A DNA stretch of 64,000 nucleotides from sequence record PZ445430.1; one strand, given 5' to 3'. Within the stretch, counting starts at the first letter, position 1. Each line of letters opens with the position of its first letter. The notes under the pieces are model-generated. The model saw only the letters and a program-made list of their open reading frames with translations, was not told the DNA's origin and did no database searches. Of this stretch, positions 1 through 11,169 are shown one piece after another. Source of the stretch: a phage. The position numbers were made by a program, and so were the translations under genes.

Positions 1-482
1 TTCAAGATCTGGACTAAACTCCAGCATATAGCTGATAGCATTTAAATCTTGAAGGTTTATTCCAGTCCTGCCATTTACAATAACAGTAGGGAATTGGTAC
101 ATCATAGCACCAGCATCATCTAGGACACACCAATGCTTGAGCTTATATTTTTCGACGAAACGTAAAACAGAATTACCCCGAGATAAACCACCTCCAGTAA
201 AATCTGTTGTACCAAGGAAACGATCGATCAAACCGAGCCCGGTCATAATCTGAACGTTCTCCATCTCATTTCGTACAGAAAACCATGAAGATACCCCAAC
301 AATCATTATTGGGGATGGCTTAAGAAAGTTCTGAAAAGCCTGGAGTAATGGCTTGTAAACCCAATCACCACCAAAGAATAGCTTCTCACTATCTGGAGCA
401 TGATGGTGAGAGATGCTCGAATTGAGCACCCCATCAATATCCAGGAAAATCACAGGAGTATTACTTATTTCCACCAGTAGCA
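1..482 (-). CDS. HAD-family hydrolase, truncated by window edge
   Basis: Minus-strand ORF from ATG at 482 runs off the window; translation has HAD motif I FLDIDGVLN. Confidence 0.5.
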
Positions 483-646
483 TCCCACGTCCAGACTTTA
501 ACTTCATCAGTAAAAGGAACTGGAACCTTCAATTCACCTTTACCCCACATAACAGATAGGAACAGAGAATAAATGGTAATCATACCGATTAGGTTGACAA
601 ACCATACTAGACCTTTCCAGATACCCTTAAAAATCTTCTTCACCAT
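461..646 (-). CDS. small membrane protein
   Basis: Internal Met of track ORF 461..769; AAGGAGGG RBS upstream; hydrophobic segment. Confidence 0.4.
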   Translation of the reverse strand: MVKKIFKGIWKGLVWFVNLIGMITIYSLFLSVMWGKGELKVPVPFTDEVKVWTWDATGGNK

Positions 647-809
647 ATTCTCCCTCCTTAATAAGGAACTCTTTCCATTCTGCTGTATCCTCATAGATAA
701 CGCAGAAATCATCACTCTTCCATGAGAAGTCATCAGTAGCAAATTCGAAACGGTAGCACCAACTACCATCTGGCCATACTAAAAGATCACACATGCTTTT
801 CTGGGACAT
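627..809 (-). CDS. hypothetical protein
   Basis: Start overlaps upstream stop (coupled); internal Met of track ORF 627..950. Confidence 0.4.
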   Translation of the reverse strand: MSQKSMCDLLVWPDGSWCYRFEFATDDFSWKSDDFCVIYEDTAEWKEFLIKEGEYGEEDF

Positions 810-1638
810 AAATATTTCCCTCCATAAAAGCTTCAACTTGATCAATAAAGTGTTTATTACCAAAAACTTCGGCAGCTCCAGCACGCCATACAGTAACACC
901 ACGTTTCTCATACTCAAGCTGTTCGTCATAACGAACTTGTGGGTTAACAACCATCATCTTAGTTCCACGACATACAGCAGGAAATAATTCCCAGTTGAAG
1001 TTGATAACTTGGTTACTACAACCCACCACAATAACCATGTCATTGCTAGTAAGAGTATCAAACAGGTTGATTTGACCCATGTACCACGGAGCTGTCTCAC
1101 CAAAGAACACCACGTTTGGTTTTACCCATTCGTAATCTTCAGGGGCAATCGCAGTATACCCAACATCTTCGATGATTTGATTGCGACCCTGATGATAGAT
1201 CACCTCTTTCAAGTACCCGTGAGCGTGAATGATTTCATCACGAGGGATACCAGCACGTTCCAGAAGGTCATCAACGTTAGTAGTGAAGTTCTTCACGCTA
1301 CCCGCATCATAACGCTGGAACCATTCTGCAATTCGCAGATGGGCAATGTTAGGCTCAACAGTCTGTAGTTCCTGACGACGCATGTTGTAGAACTCATGAG
1401 TCTTGAGATACAGATCGTTACCATCTTCATCAATGCCAGGGAAACGAGCGCTGAAGTAGTTAGGATCATCTTCACCACAGAAGCGACGGAAGCCAGCTTC
1501 AAAGTTAGGCAAGCTACATACTTCCTCTAGATCGTACTCATCCCACAAAGATTTTCCACTAGCAGTATCAGTACGGAAAGCACGAACACCACTATCTACA
1601 CTCAAACCTGCACCACTAACAACAATTAGTCTACGCAT
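787..1638 (-). CDS. Sir2-family NAD-dependent deacylase-like protein
   Basis: Sirtuin motifs in translation: GAGLSVDSGVRAFR, TTNVDDLLERAG, HAHG. Confidence 0.6.
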   Translation of the reverse strand: MRRLIVVSGAGLSVDSGVRAFRTDTASGKSLWDEYDLEEVCSLPNFEAGFRRFCGEDDPNYFSARFPGIDEDGNDLYLKTHEFYNMRRQELQTVEPNIAHLRIAEWFQRYDAGSVKNFTTNVDDLLERAGIPRDEIIHAHGYLKEVIYHQGRNQIIEDVGYTAIAPEDYEWVKPNVVFFGETAPWYMGQINLFDTLTSNDMVIVVGCSNQVINFNWELFPAVCRGTKMMVVNPQVRYDEQLEYEKRGVTVWRAGAAEVFGNKHFIDQVEAFMEGNIYVPEKHV

Positions 1639-1831
1639 TATACGATTCCTTGCTTGAATCCTTCGATGATATTTTGGAGCAGAATTGCTTCTTCTGGGCG
1701 AACCTTCTCTTGCTTAATAAGCATATCCAAACCAGCAATACAGGTAGCTACTCCAGCATTATACCCAGCATTCCACTGCTCCATAAGCATATTTTCTAAA
1801 TTACTTTTTAGATTCTGATTCAAGAAGTCCA
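1638..1831 (-). CDS. hypothetical protein
   Basis: Internal Met with GGAGG RBS within track ORF 1638..1916. Confidence 0.4.
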
Positions 1832-2004
1832 TAAAGTTTTTCCTCCAATTCCATAATACGATTTTCGTAAGAAGCACGCAGCTTCTCGATGGACAAAGCA
1901 CGAACTGTAACTTCATCTGAATTGATCGCTAGCTGAGCTAGATCTTCTGTTTCCATACGTCCGTTGTAAATTAAGCGATATTTAAGATGTTTTACGTTTT
2001 TCAT
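1801..2004 (-). CDS. hypothetical protein
   Basis: ORF with AAGGAA RBS. Confidence 0.4.
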   Translation of the reverse strand: MKNVKHLKYRLIYNGRMETEDLAQLAINSDEVTVRALSIEKLRASYENRIMELEEKLYGLLESESKK

Positions 2005-2013
2005 TCTTGTTCC

Positions 2014-2295
2014 TTAGTTCTGTACTGTAAATTCATTCTTATCACAGTGAGCATAATAATACCCATACATACGATAAATTTTCACAGCCTTAGTAGACCC
2101 CTTCGATTCTTCATAATCAATCCAGAGCCACTTGTCTTTACCTACATAATGTACCCGAAACTTCTTAACTTTCTTATCATTCCATGTTGCAACAACACGA
2201 CGATAATCAAATCCACCCAACCAATCTAGAGCCTTACGTTCTTCACTAGGCTCTCCAAGATAGGAAACATCTACTTTCGGAAGCAATTCGCTCAT
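2014..2295 (-). CDS. hypothetical protein
   Basis: ORF with GAGGAG RBS. Confidence 0.5.
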   Translation of the reverse strand: MSELLPKVDVSYLGEPSEERKALDWLGGFDYRRVVATWNDKKVKKFRVHYVGKDKWLWIDYEESKGSTKAVKIYRMYGYYYAHCDKNEFTVQN

Positions 2296-2393
2296 AGCTT
2301 TCTCCTCTCAAATTTATAAATCAATTATACATAAGTTTTAGCTCGAAAGCAAATAAAATAAAAGCCAGGTCGACTAGCAACCTGGCTGATTCA

Positions 2394-4268
2394 TTATTTA
2401 GCGCGAATGTCCTGATGTTTCACTCGACCCATAACCTCATGTTGTTTACCTGGGTTAAATGGACGAGCACCTGGATTTCCGAGATATCCACAAACTCGAC
2501 GAGTTACCTCAAGAGTCTCAGGATCATGGTTGCCACAAATTGGGCATTTGAAACCATCCTCAGAAGCTATAGTTTCACCCAAGAACCCACATTCCCCACA
2601 AGAGTCTACTGGAGTATTAATACCAAAGTAATGAACTTTACTTGCGGCATAGTTAATAACCCATTCCAGTGCATCTGGGAATCGTTTCATATCCGGCAAT
2701 TCCACATAGGAAATGCATCCACCAGAAGCAATTGGAGTAAAGTTAGACTCATAATCGAACTTCACGTTTGGAGCAACCTTACGTTCTACATCAAGGTGAT
2801 GGGAATTAGTGTAATATCCTTTAGCCAGAATATCTTCATGCTCTGGAAAATACTCACGGTCTAGGCGACAGAAGCGATCACATAGAGATTCAGATGGTGT
2901 AGCATATAGACTATACCCTAATTGAGTCTCTTCCTTCTTCTGATCAGCACGATCACGCATGTATTGTAGCACACGTTGAACGAACTTGACACAAGACTCA
3001 GACATTGTATCTACATCTTTACCAAACATGAACTGCAACATTTCGTGGCAGCCTATATATCCTAGAGATACAGAAGCACGCTTGTAGAAATGATCAAACA
3101 CATACTCATCTGGCCCCAGACGTAATCCAAAGGCTCCTGACATATAGAGGATGGGCGCAGCTTTAGCTTGGATGTATTTTAAGCGATCAACCCTCCACTC
3201 CAATGCTTTTAACGCGGTATCCACACGCAGCTCAAGTAGATCGAAGAATAGATCAATATTTCCTTCCGCTTCGATAGCGATTCGAGGAAGGTTTACGGAA
3301 ACAACGCCTAAGTTGTTACGACCAGAAGTTTCACCATCTTCCGCAGCAGCCAGGAATGAACGACAGCCCATAGAGACTTTGTAGTCTCCCGTAACTTCTA
3401 CAACCTTATCATAACTGATGTAGTCAGGATACATACGTTCAGCAGTACATTTCATAGCTAACTTCTTGATATCATAGTTAACATCACCAGGTTTCATGTT
3501 TACGCCATCACGCAAAACAAATACCAGTTTAGGGAAGATAGCTGTACGTTTATTGATACCCAAACCATCCATACGCACTTCTAGGATTGCTTTCTGTACA
3601 AGACGTGCTTCCCAAGAAGTTCCTAGACCAAACCCAAAGGTAATAAACGGACTTTGACCATTAGAGTTGAACATCGTATTGATTTCATACTCCAGGCCCT
3701 GACAGGCATCGTAAACTTCTTTCTCAGTCATTTCCGTAGCCATTACAGATGCTTTAGCTTCATCCTTAGTCCAACGCTTTGCAAACGCATGATTCTTATC
3801 ATAAGACTTACGAACATAAGGAGCCAATACTTCATCTAATCGGTCTACAGAAGTACCCCCATATTGATGTGAACTAACCTGAGTGATAATCTGAGCTGTG
3901 ATAGCAGCCGCAGTAGTAATAGAGTTTGGTGTACTGATTTCAGCATTACCAACCTTCATACCATTCTTCAACATATCTTCCAAAGCAACCAGGCAACAGT
4001 TAGTCATACCTAACGCAGCGTAATCAGCATCATGGAAGTGAATATCACCAATCATGTGAGCATTTCGAATCTGGATTGGCATTTCTTCCAGAATCAGATA
4101 TTTACTCAATTCCCCTGCAAGCATATCCCTTTGTGTAGGGAAACGTTCTGAGGGCTTATTGGCATTATTAAACAGCAGCTCTTCATCTGCTGAACCTTCG
4201 ATAATTTCTTTGCAGTTTCGAATCAAGGACTGCATTCCTTTATACTTTAGTTCTTCATTGTGATTCAT
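2394..4268 (-). CDS. nrdD: anaerobic ribonucleoside-triphosphate reductase (class III)
   Basis: 624 aa; C-terminal glycyl-radical motif RVCGYLG and Cys-rich zinc site. Confidence 0.9.
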   Translation of the reverse strand: MNHNEELKYKGMQSLIRNCKEIIEGSADEELLFNNANKPSERFPTQRDMLAGELSKYLILEEMPIQIRNAHMIGDIHFHDADYAALGMTNCCLVALEDMLKNGMKVGNAEISTPNSITTAAAITAQIITQVSSHQYGGTSVDRLDEVLAPYVRKSYDKNHAFAKRWTKDEAKASVMATEMTEKEVYDACQGLEYEINTMFNSNGQSPFITFGFGLGTSWEARLVQKAILEVRMDGLGINKRTAIFPKLVFVLRDGVNMKPGDVNYDIKKLAMKCTAERMYPDYISYDKVVEVTGDYKVSMGCRSFLAAAEDGETSGRNNLGVVSVNLPRIAIEAEGNIDLFFDLLELRVDTALKALEWRVDRLKYIQAKAAPILYMSGAFGLRLGPDEYVFDHFYKRASVSLGYIGCHEMLQFMFGKDVDTMSESCVKFVQRVLQYMRDRADQKKEETQLGYSLYATPSESLCDRFCRLDREYFPEHEDILAKGYYTNSHHLDVERKVAPNVKFDYESNFTPIASGGCISYVELPDMKRFPDALEWVINYAASKVHYFGINTPVDSCGECGFLGETIASEDGFKCPICGNHDPETLEVTRRVCGYLGNPGARPFNPGKQHEVMGRVKHQDIRAK

Positions 4269-4518
4269 TATACCCTCCTTCTCTAACTAAGACTACTATT
4301 ATAACTCATTCGAAGGCGGATGTCAACAATATTTTACTATAAAGTTCTGTAACATGATCTGAGTCAAAAAATTTTATTTGCCAACCTCTACTAAAAATAG
4401 TATAATCACGCACCCGTGCACGCGATATAAAATGATTATCTAGTACCATACATCTCCCAATAAAAGCAAGCAAATTTTTTATTTAAATGCAATATCATAG
4501 GCTTATTTAAAATTGTAG

Positions 4519-4547
4519 TTGCTTTCTCCCGTATATATTGGTATAAT
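4519..4547 (+). promoter_or_regulatory. sigma70-type early promoter (TTGCTT-17-TATAAT)
   Basis: -35 at 4519-4524, -10 at 4542-4547, A-rich upstream. Confidence 0.6.
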
Positions 4548-4620
4548 ATATTTGTAAGTTGATAAACAAGATCTTTTTGTTGATCCTCTGTTAGCGAAGT
4601 ACACTATAGGAGTGTTATTT

Positions 4621-5373
4621 ATGGGAAAAGCACGTCAAAAAAGAGAGAACCGCAATGGTTCAAGAAAGCGTGGCAACAAGTACGAGAGTAACGTAATTCA
4701 AGCAGATTTCTCTGGTGATTACGCCAATCCAGTTGCTAAACCCCTAGTTGGTAAAAACCGTGAGCAAAAATCATATATCAATATGATCAAGAACAACACA
4801 GTGACTGTGGGTATTGGTGAACCAGGTACTGGTAAAACCTTTATTCCATCCGTTCTTGCAGCTCAGGAACTCGTAGACATTCACTCAGATATTGAGCAAG
4901 TGATCCTCGTGCGTCCGAACGAACCTCTAGGTAAATCTCTTGGTATGCTCCCAGGTGATCTGGCAGAAAAGCTAGAGCCTTGGTTGGAACCAATAGCCGA
5001 TGGCATGAAATGGGCAATCGGTGATCACGCCTACAAAGGATATGTCGAACGTCAGAAAATTAAATTCCTGGCTATCGAACATGCCCGTGGCCGAACTTTC
5101 AACAACTCCTATGTAATTGTCGATGAAGCTCAGAATATCTCCGTTGAAGCAATGATCTGTCTCCTGACTCGTGTAGGACAAGATTGTCGTTTAATTATCT
5201 GTGGGGATATAGCGCAGAAAGACATCAAGGGTGATTCAGGTCTAGCACTTCTTATGGAAGTCTATGAGAAGTATGAAAACTCTCCTTTCTCTATGATCGA
5301 ACTGATCGACAACGTTCGCTCACCAGAGTCTAAAGCATTCTACGATATCTTTAAGGATATGGGGAAGGTGTAA
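4621..5373 (+). CDS. phoH: PhoH-like ATPase
   Basis: P-loop GEPGTGKTF; ATG 4621 sits 6 nt after AGGAG. Confidence 0.85.
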   Translation: MGKARQKRENRNGSRKRGNKYESNVIQADFSGDYANPVAKPLVGKNREQKSYINMIKNNTVTVGIGEPGTGKTFIPSVLAAQELVDIHSDIEQVILVRPNEPLGKSLGMLPGDLAEKLEPWLEPIADGMKWAIGDHAYKGYVERQKIKFLAIEHARGRTFNNSYVIVDEAQNISVEAMICLLTRVGQDCRLIICGDIAQKDIKGDSGLALLMEVYEKYENSPFSMIELIDNVRSPESKAFYDIFKDMGKV

Positions 5374-5374
5374 T

Positions 5375-5617
5375 ATGGGAAACGTCGTACATCTGCACCG
5401 CAAAACTAAGATCCACCGTACTTCATTGAGTGCTGCTAATATGATTACACGTAAGGAAGGGGAAGAAAGTCCTAAGACTACCCTAGCGTGGAAAATTGTA
5501 GCCTCTAATCCAAATCGGCCATTCAACTATAATGAACTGAGTACTTCTATAGACATTCTTATGGCTAAGGAAATACGACAGAAACTAACTGATATGACCG
5601 ATAAACTTAAATGGTAA
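5375..5617 (+). CDS. hypothetical protein
   Basis: ORF coupled to phoH stop; AAGGTG RBS. Confidence 0.4.
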   Translation: MGNVVHLHRKTKIHRTSLSAANMITRKEGEESPKTTLAWKIVASNPNRPFNYNELSTSIDILMAKEIRQKLTDMTDKLKW

Positions 5618-5624
5618 GACAGAC

Positions 5625-5660
5625 GAGCCTGGGTATGAAAATATCCGGGCTCTTTTTATC
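5625..5660 (+). terminator. rho-independent terminator
   Basis: Hairpin gagcctgg..ccgggctc followed by TTTTTAT. Confidence 0.6.
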
Positions 5661-5673
5661 TGTAAAATTGTAC

Positions 5674-5702
5674 TTGCAAAATGACCCAAAACAAAGTAGA
5701 AT
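5674..5702 (+). promoter_or_regulatory. sigma70-type promoter (TTGCAA-17-TAGAAT)
   Basis: Upstream of nrdA. Confidence 0.45.
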
Positions 5703-5740
5703 ATCTTCTAAATCCTGATAACTACAAAAAGGAAAGCCAA

Positions 5741-8071
5741 ATGAGCCATCGTATCGAAAAAGTAATTAAACGTGACGGTACTGTTCAGGACTTTGCTCCT
5801 GAAAAACTCAATGATTGGGCTGCATGGGCATGTAAAGATACTGACGTAAGTTGGTCTGCCGTAGTTATGGCTGCCCTGAAAAATCTACCCAAAGGTGTTG
5901 TAGACTCCGATACACTCCAAGATGTGTTAATTAAAGCCGCTGAAGGTCTTATCAAAGACAACCCAGCATATGATACTGTAGCAAAGGAATTACGTCTTGC
6001 GCAGATGCGTAAACGCCTATATGATTCCTTTGAACCTCCTTCTCTGCGTTTCTTCCACGATCATATGGTTCGTATTGGCGCCTGGGAAGACATGAGTGCA
6101 TGGATTAGCGATGATCATTTTGATGCTCTGAATCAAGTTATTGATCATGATCGCGATCGTTTATTCACCAGTGGTGGACTGAAACAGTTCTTCGACAAGT
6201 ATTCCCGTCGTAATATTGCAACTGGTGAAATTTATGAAACCCCGCAGTTTGCCTACATGGGTATGGCAATGGCGATGTTATCTCAACCTAACTGGACAAT
6301 CCTAGATGCAATCGACCTCTACAATGCAATGTCGCTCCACAAAATCAACGTTCCTACGCCGCCACTGGTTGGCCTGCGCTCTAGTGACCGTGGATTTGCT
6401 AGTTGCTGTCTCGTGGATTCCACTGACACGCTGGATTCAATCGACACAGCCGAGCACATCGTCTTCAAAATGGTCGCAGCCAGAGCGGGAATCGGGTATC
6501 ATCTTGAAAGCCGATCAATTGCTGATCCGGTGCGAAATGGGGCATTCCCGCATTCCGGAAAACTGCCATATTATCGACACATTGACCGATCAGTAAAAGC
6601 TAACACTCAGCAAACCCGTGGTGGTTCTGCTACTGTGTCTTACCCATACTTCGATCCTGAAATCATTCAATTGATGCAAGTTAAGCAGCAACGTGCTACA
6701 GACGAGAATAAAATCGATAAGATGGATTACTCTCTGAGCTTTAACAACCTCCTGCTAAAACGTTACCTGAAAAACGAAGATATTACGCTAATGTCCTACT
6801 TCTACGCACCAGAAGTTCATGAAGCGTTTTATGGCGAAGATGAGGCTAAGTTTGAAGAAATCTACGTGGCAGCGGAGAAACGTGTGGCATCTCTTACAAA
6901 GATCGACCACGAAGGAAAAACAATTCCAGCAGCTCCTAGAATCTCTGCAAAAGAAATCCTAGATACTTGGTTACGTATCCGTATGGAAACAGGGCGTATG
7001 TATGCTCATCACATTGGTGAATCTAACCGTCATGGTAACTTCCTTGACCCGATTCGTATGACCAACCTTTGTGTTGAAATTACTCAGCCAACCCGTCCAT
7101 TCCATCACATTACGGAGCTGTATAAGACCCAAGATCAGTTAGACGATATGCGTCCAGAAGATATTGGTGAAGTATCTCTGTGTAACTTAGGTGGTGTTGT
7201 ACTAGGTCGTATGGAATCTCTGGCTGAATGGGAGAAAACTTGCTACATTCTTCTGAAATTCGTTGATACAATCATCGAGATTCAGGATTACCCATTCCCA
7301 ACTATGGAGTACACGGCTAAGAAACGTCGTAACGTTGGTATTGGTCTGATGAACGCAGCAGGTGCAATGGCAGCAGAAGGTTTGGCTTACGAAGGTGTTG
7401 AAGCCCGTAACTGGATTCACCGTGAAGCTGAAAAGCTGTCCTACTTCCTACATAAAGCCTCTGTACGTCTGGCTAAAGAACAAGGTGCATGTGACTGGTT
7501 TAATCGTACTAAACCATCCAAAGGAACTCTGGTAATCGACACGTACAAGAAAACTGTTGATGAACTGGTAACTGTAGGTCTAGAAATGGATTGGGAATCT
7601 CTGCGTGCAGATATTCTGAAATATGGTATGCGCAACTCTGTTCTGACTGCTCAGATGCCGGGTGAAAGTTCCTCTGTACTGCTAGGTGTTACTAACTCTA
7701 TCGAGCCGCCTCGTAAGATTGTATCTATCAAGGGTAGTGCAGTTAATAAAGTAATTGCAATTGCTCCAGGTGCAACCGATTGGGATACATTAATGAGTTA
7801 TAAACTAGCTTATGATGTAGATCGTATCGAGTGGATAAAATGGGTAGCAACCATGCAGAAATTCTTCAGTCAGTCTATCAGTACGAATATGTACTATGAC
7901 TACACCAAGTTTGAGAATGAAATCATTCCTGGTCCAGTAGTAGTTCGTGATTTCATGACTGCTGTTAAGTACGGCTGGAAAACTTGGTACTACGCTAACT
8001 TCAACACTGAAAATGGTGGTGGAGCTGGTGAAGAAGCAGCAGGTTGTGCATCAGGTGGTTGTAACCTGTAA
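5741..8071 (+). CDS. nrdA: ribonucleotide reductase class Ia alpha subunit
   Basis: ATP-cone N-terminus (VIKRDGTVQDF); AAGGAAAG RBS before ATG 5741. Confidence 0.9.
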   Translation: MSHRIEKVIKRDGTVQDFAPEKLNDWAAWACKDTDVSWSAVVMAALKNLPKGVVDSDTLQDVLIKAAEGLIKDNPAYDTVAKELRLAQMRKRLYDSFEPPSLRFFHDHMVRIGAWEDMSAWISDDHFDALNQVIDHDRDRLFTSGGLKQFFDKYSRRNIATGEIYETPQFAYMGMAMAMLSQPNWTILDAIDLYNAMSLHKINVPTPPLVGLRSSDRGFASCCLVDSTDTLDSIDTAEHIVFKMVAARAGIGYHLESRSIADPVRNGAFPHSGKLPYYRHIDRSVKANTQQTRGGSATVSYPYFDPEIIQLMQVKQQRATDENKIDKMDYSLSFNNLLLKRYLKNEDITLMSYFYAPEVHEAFYGEDEAKFEEIYVAAEKRVASLTKIDHEGKTIPAAPRISAKEILDTWLRIRMETGRMYAHHIGESNRHGNFLDPIRMTNLCVEITQPTRPFHHITELYKTQDQLDDMRPEDIGEVSLCNLGGVVLGRMESLAEWEKTCYILLKFVDTIIEIQDYPFPTMEYTAKKRRNVGIGLMNAAGAMAAEGLAYEGVEARNWIHREAEKLSYFLHKASVRLAKEQGACDWFNRTKPSKGTLVIDTYKKTVDELVTVGLEMDWESLRADILKYGMRNSVLTAQMPGESSSVLLGVTNSIEPPRKIVSIKGSAVNKVIAIAPGATDWDTLMSYKLAYDVDRIEWIKWVATMQKFFSQSISTNMYYDYTKFENEIIPGPVVVRDFMTAVKYGWKTWYYANFNTENGGGAGEEAAGCASGGCNL

Positions 8072-8080
8072 TAAAAACAA

Positions 8081-8106
8081 GGAGATCTTCGGGTCTCCTT
8101 TTTCTT
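8081..8106 (+). terminator. rho-independent terminator
   Basis: Hairpin ggagatc-ttcg-ggtctcc plus T-run. Confidence 0.6.
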
Positions 8107-8117
8107 TGAAATTTTAC

Positions 8118-8146
8118 TTGCTAATCGCTACCAGATTTGCTATAAT
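8118..8146 (+). promoter_or_regulatory. early promoter (TTGCTA-17-TATAAT)
   Basis: -35 at 8118-8123, -10 at 8141-8146. Confidence 0.6.
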
Positions 8147-8187
8147 ATTCCTGAAATAGTGAGAAATAGTGAGAAAGAGGAAAATCA

Positions 8188-9333
8188 ATGACTACTTTAC
8201 TAAACCTGAATTGGGATCATACTAACGCTGACCTTTTCCTGGGCGATTCTCTTGGTATCGCAGATTACGTTCGTGTAGCACATCCTGAACTTGAGCGTCT
8301 AGCACTTTTGCAACGTTCTCAATTTTGGACTGAAACTGAAATCAGTCTGGAAGCCGATAAGAAACAATGGCCAAACCTCCCGCGTGATATTCAGGAAATT
8401 ACTCTCCTGAACTTAGCATGGCAGACCCAAACAGATTCTTTCATTAGCCGTGCTCCTGAAGCAGCTATTATGCCGCTTGTAAGCCGTCCTGAATTGGAGG
8501 GTATGCTCAAGCAGTGGAGCTACTTCGAAGATCTGCACAGCCGTGCATATAGTAACATTATTCGTAACGTTCTGACTGATCCAGCAGAATTTATTGATTC
8601 TGTAACTAAAAACCAAGAAGCATTTGCACGTATCGCAGATTCTGTTGAACTGTTTGATGAATTGTATCTGTTAGGCCAGTATTTCCTTGCAGTACGTGAT
8701 CATCGTGGTGATAATACTTATCCAGAAACTGAGTTCCCTGAAGTTAAACGTGAAACTCAGGCTAAACTGTTAGACGCTTACTTTGCAATCTATGGTCTGG
8801 AAGCAATGCAGTTCTACGCATCCTTTGCATGTACCTTTGCTCTAGCAGAGAACGATATTCTGCAAGGTATTGCTAAGAACCTGCAATTAATCGCTAAAGA
8901 TGAAGCTCTACATACTCAAATGTCTAAAGCTATCATCCAGATTATGTTCCAGCAGTTTGATAAAGATCTGGTAGATGAAGCATTAGCTAAAGCACCAGCA
9001 CAACTCCTAAAAACTCTGAAAACTGAGATTGAATGGGGCCACTTTATCTTTAAAGGCCGCAGTCTGATTGGTTTGAACGCAGAATTGCTTGAAGAATACC
9101 TTTACTTTGTAGGACGTAACGCATTTATGCACATTGGTGTAGAATGGCCAAGCCACTTACCTGTAATTACTAAGAACCCTATTCCGTGGATTATGAACTG
9201 GTTGGATACTACATCTTTACAACCTGCTCCACAAGAGATTCAGATTGGTGCAGCGTACCGTGTAGGTCAAGTAACTGAAACCTCTGCTGATACTCTGAAA
9301 GATCTTGGCAACGAATTTGAGGATATGTTCTAA
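8188..9333 (+). CDS. nrdB: ribonucleotide reductase class Ia beta subunit
   Basis: 381 aa directly after nrdA; di-iron/tyrosyl-radical family assigned by size, position and overall resemblance. Confidence 0.85.
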   Translation: MTTLLNLNWDHTNADLFLGDSLGIADYVRVAHPELERLALLQRSQFWTETEISLEADKKQWPNLPRDIQEITLLNLAWQTQTDSFISRAPEAAIMPLVSRPELEGMLKQWSYFEDLHSRAYSNIIRNVLTDPAEFIDSVTKNQEAFARIADSVELFDELYLLGQYFLAVRDHRGDNTYPETEFPEVKRETQAKLLDAYFAIYGLEAMQFYASFACTFALAENDILQGIAKNLQLIAKDEALHTQMSKAIIQIMFQQFDKDLVDEALAKAPAQLLKTLKTEIEWGHFIFKGRSLIGLNAELLEEYLYFVGRNAFMHIGVEWPSHLPVITKNPIPWIMNWLDTTSLQPAPQEIQIGAAYRVGQVTETSADTLKDLGNEFEDMF

Positions 9334-9863
9334 TGATAGCAGCAATCTATGCAACTGGGCCGAATGGGGAGTTCGGCCTCAATGGTAAGCTCCCCTGGGG
9401 TTCTTTCAAAGAAGAACTAGATATCTTCTATGCTACATTGGATTCTCTGGCACCTGACAATATTATTGTAGGAGCAGGAACTTGGTTAGCATTCCCTGAG
9501 ACTCTGCAAAAAAGAATACTAGGAGATTCTGACCTATTTATTTATGCAAATAGACCACTACCGAACTCTATAAGATCAGCTACACGCATAAGCAACATTG
9601 GATACCGTCTGCCTGATTTTCTCAAGGAAGAGGTAACTGTAGTATTAGGGGGAGCAACTCTGCTTCTTGAAATGTATGTCAAAAATCATCTAGATATGGC
9701 GTATATCTCTACTATTACTTCAGCCACACCATTATCTGCTGATGTACATCTGCATCATCATATTACTTTAACTAATTCAATGGCAACTAGAATGGACTAT
9801 GTGGCAGGACAGAATGCAGATAAAACGCTTTCATTCTTACAAGAATTGGTGATATTTAAATGA
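9333..9863 (+). CDS. frd: dihydrofolate reductase-like protein
   Basis: 176 aa; N-terminus [22 protein letters not shown] resembles DHFR; coupled to nrdB and thyA. Confidence 0.6.
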   Translation: MIAAIYATGPNGEFGLNGKLPWGSFKEELDIFYATLDSLAPDNIIVGAGTWLAFPETLQKRILGDSDLFIYANRPLPNSIRSATRISNIGYRLPDFLKEEVTVVLGGATLLLEMYVKNHLDMAYISTITSATPLSADVHLHHHITLTNSMATRMDYVAGQNADKTLSFLQELVIFK

Positions 9864-10714
9864 AGCAATATATTGAAACTGGAAAACGTATTCTTGAAGA
9901 GGGTGTATGGGTAACGAATCCTAGAACAGGGGTTCGTTGCCTAACCATTATTGATGCAGACTTTACCTTTAACGTAGGAGCAGGAGAACTGCCGCTAGTA
10001 ACTACTCGTAAAGCATTTGCTAAACAAGCAATAATGGAAATGATCGGATATCTCCGTGGGTACGACTCAGCAGCACAATTCCGCGCTATTGGTGTTAATA
10101 CATGGAATGCTAATGCAAATGAAAATATTGCCTGGCTAGGTAATCCATTCCGTAAAGGCGAGGATGATATGGGACGAGTCTATGGTGTTCAAGGACGTCA
10201 TTGGACTAATTCTGATGGTATGGTATTTGATCAGTTAGCCAAAGTCTATCATAATTTGAAAAGAGGGATTGACGATCGTGGAGAAATTTTAACTTTTTGG
10301 AACCCTGGGGAATTTCGTAGAGGATGCCTACGTCCGTGTATGCATACCCATCAATTCTCTATTTTAGGTGATACACTATACCTAAACTCTTTCCAGAGGT
10401 CTAATGATTTCTTGCTGGGCCAAGTATTTAATATGGTGCAATGCTATGCACTTCTAGCTATTATGGCACAGATTACAGGTCTTAAGCCAGGTATTGCTCG
10501 TCAAAAGATTATTAATCTTCATATCTATGAAGATCAGTATAATGTTCTGATGGAGCACAAGCAATTCGATCGTGAACCTTTTGCACCTCCTACTTTAGAA
10601 ATCAATCCAAATATTAGAACTTTGGATGATGTATTAACGTGGGTAAGTAAGGATGATTTTACTGTTCGTGGCTATGAACACCATCCTGCTATTGCATATC
10701 CATTTACGGTGTAA
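9860..10714 (+). CDS. thyA: thymidylate synthase
   Basis: Active-site region [11 protein letters not shown] and overall ThyA-like sequence. Confidence 0.85.
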   Translation: MKQYIETGKRILEEGVWVTNPRTGVRCLTIIDADFTFNVGAGELPLVTTRKAFAKQAIMEMIGYLRGYDSAAQFRAIGVNTWNANANENIAWLGNPFRKGEDDMGRVYGVQGRHWTNSDGMVFDQLAKVYHNLKRGIDDRGEILTFWNPGEFRRGCLRPCMHTHQFSILGDTLYLNSFQRSNDFLLGQVFNMVQCYALLAIMAQITGLKPGIARQKIINLHIYEDQYNVLMEHKQFDREPFAPPTLEINPNIRTLDDVLTWVSKDDFTVRGYEHHPAIAYPFTV

Positions 10715-10717
10715 CAT

Positions 10718-11071
10718 ATGTTAATTATACTATTATTTGTCATATTCTTTCTAAAACATTTTATGGCCGATTATACACTCCAAACTCCATATATGCTAAG
10801 AAAGACGAATAAAATAGGGTGGAAACTTCCATTATTAACCCATTCGCTAGTACATGCTGGATTAACATTTGCAATTCTAATCCTATTCACATCACCAGGA
10901 ATGTCTATAGCTTTAGCTATTATGGAATTAATTCTACACTTTATTATAGATTATTGGAAAGCACAACGCTGTAAATACGCTATAAGCGATGCTAAGTTTT
11001 GGATAGCTTTAGGATTTGATCAGTTACTGCATTATCTGACATACGCCCTAATAATCTTGATTATAATCTAA
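10718..11071 (+). CDS. membrane protein
   Basis: ORF with several hydrophobic helices. Confidence 0.45.
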   Translation: MLIILLFVIFFLKHFMADYTLQTPYMLRKTNKIGWKLPLLTHSLVHAGLTFAILILFTSPGMSIALAIMELILHFIIDYWKAQRCKYAISDAKFWIALGFDQLLHYLTYALIILIII

Positions 11072-11076
11072 TTCAA

Positions 11077-11102
11077 ATAGCCCTTCGGGGCTATTATATT
11101 TA
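11077..11102 (+). terminator. rho-independent terminator
   Basis: Hairpin atagccc-ttcg-gggctat followed by T-rich run. Confidence 0.55.
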
Positions 11103-11110
11103 AATTTCAT

Positions 11111-11139
11111 TTGCTTACTGAGTGAAATTCAAATATAAT
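11111..11139 (+). promoter_or_regulatory. early promoter (TTGCTT-17-TATAAT)
   Basis: -35 at 11111-11116, -10 at 11134-11139. Confidence 0.55.
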
Positions 11140-11169
11140 ATACTTCTAGTTTGACAGAAGGATTTAATA

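Noticed and set aside
2415-8616. Antisense and nested ORFs within nrdD, nrdA, nrdB and phoH
   Set aside because: Fully embedded in strongly supported genes on the other strand or frame; typical shadow ORFs.
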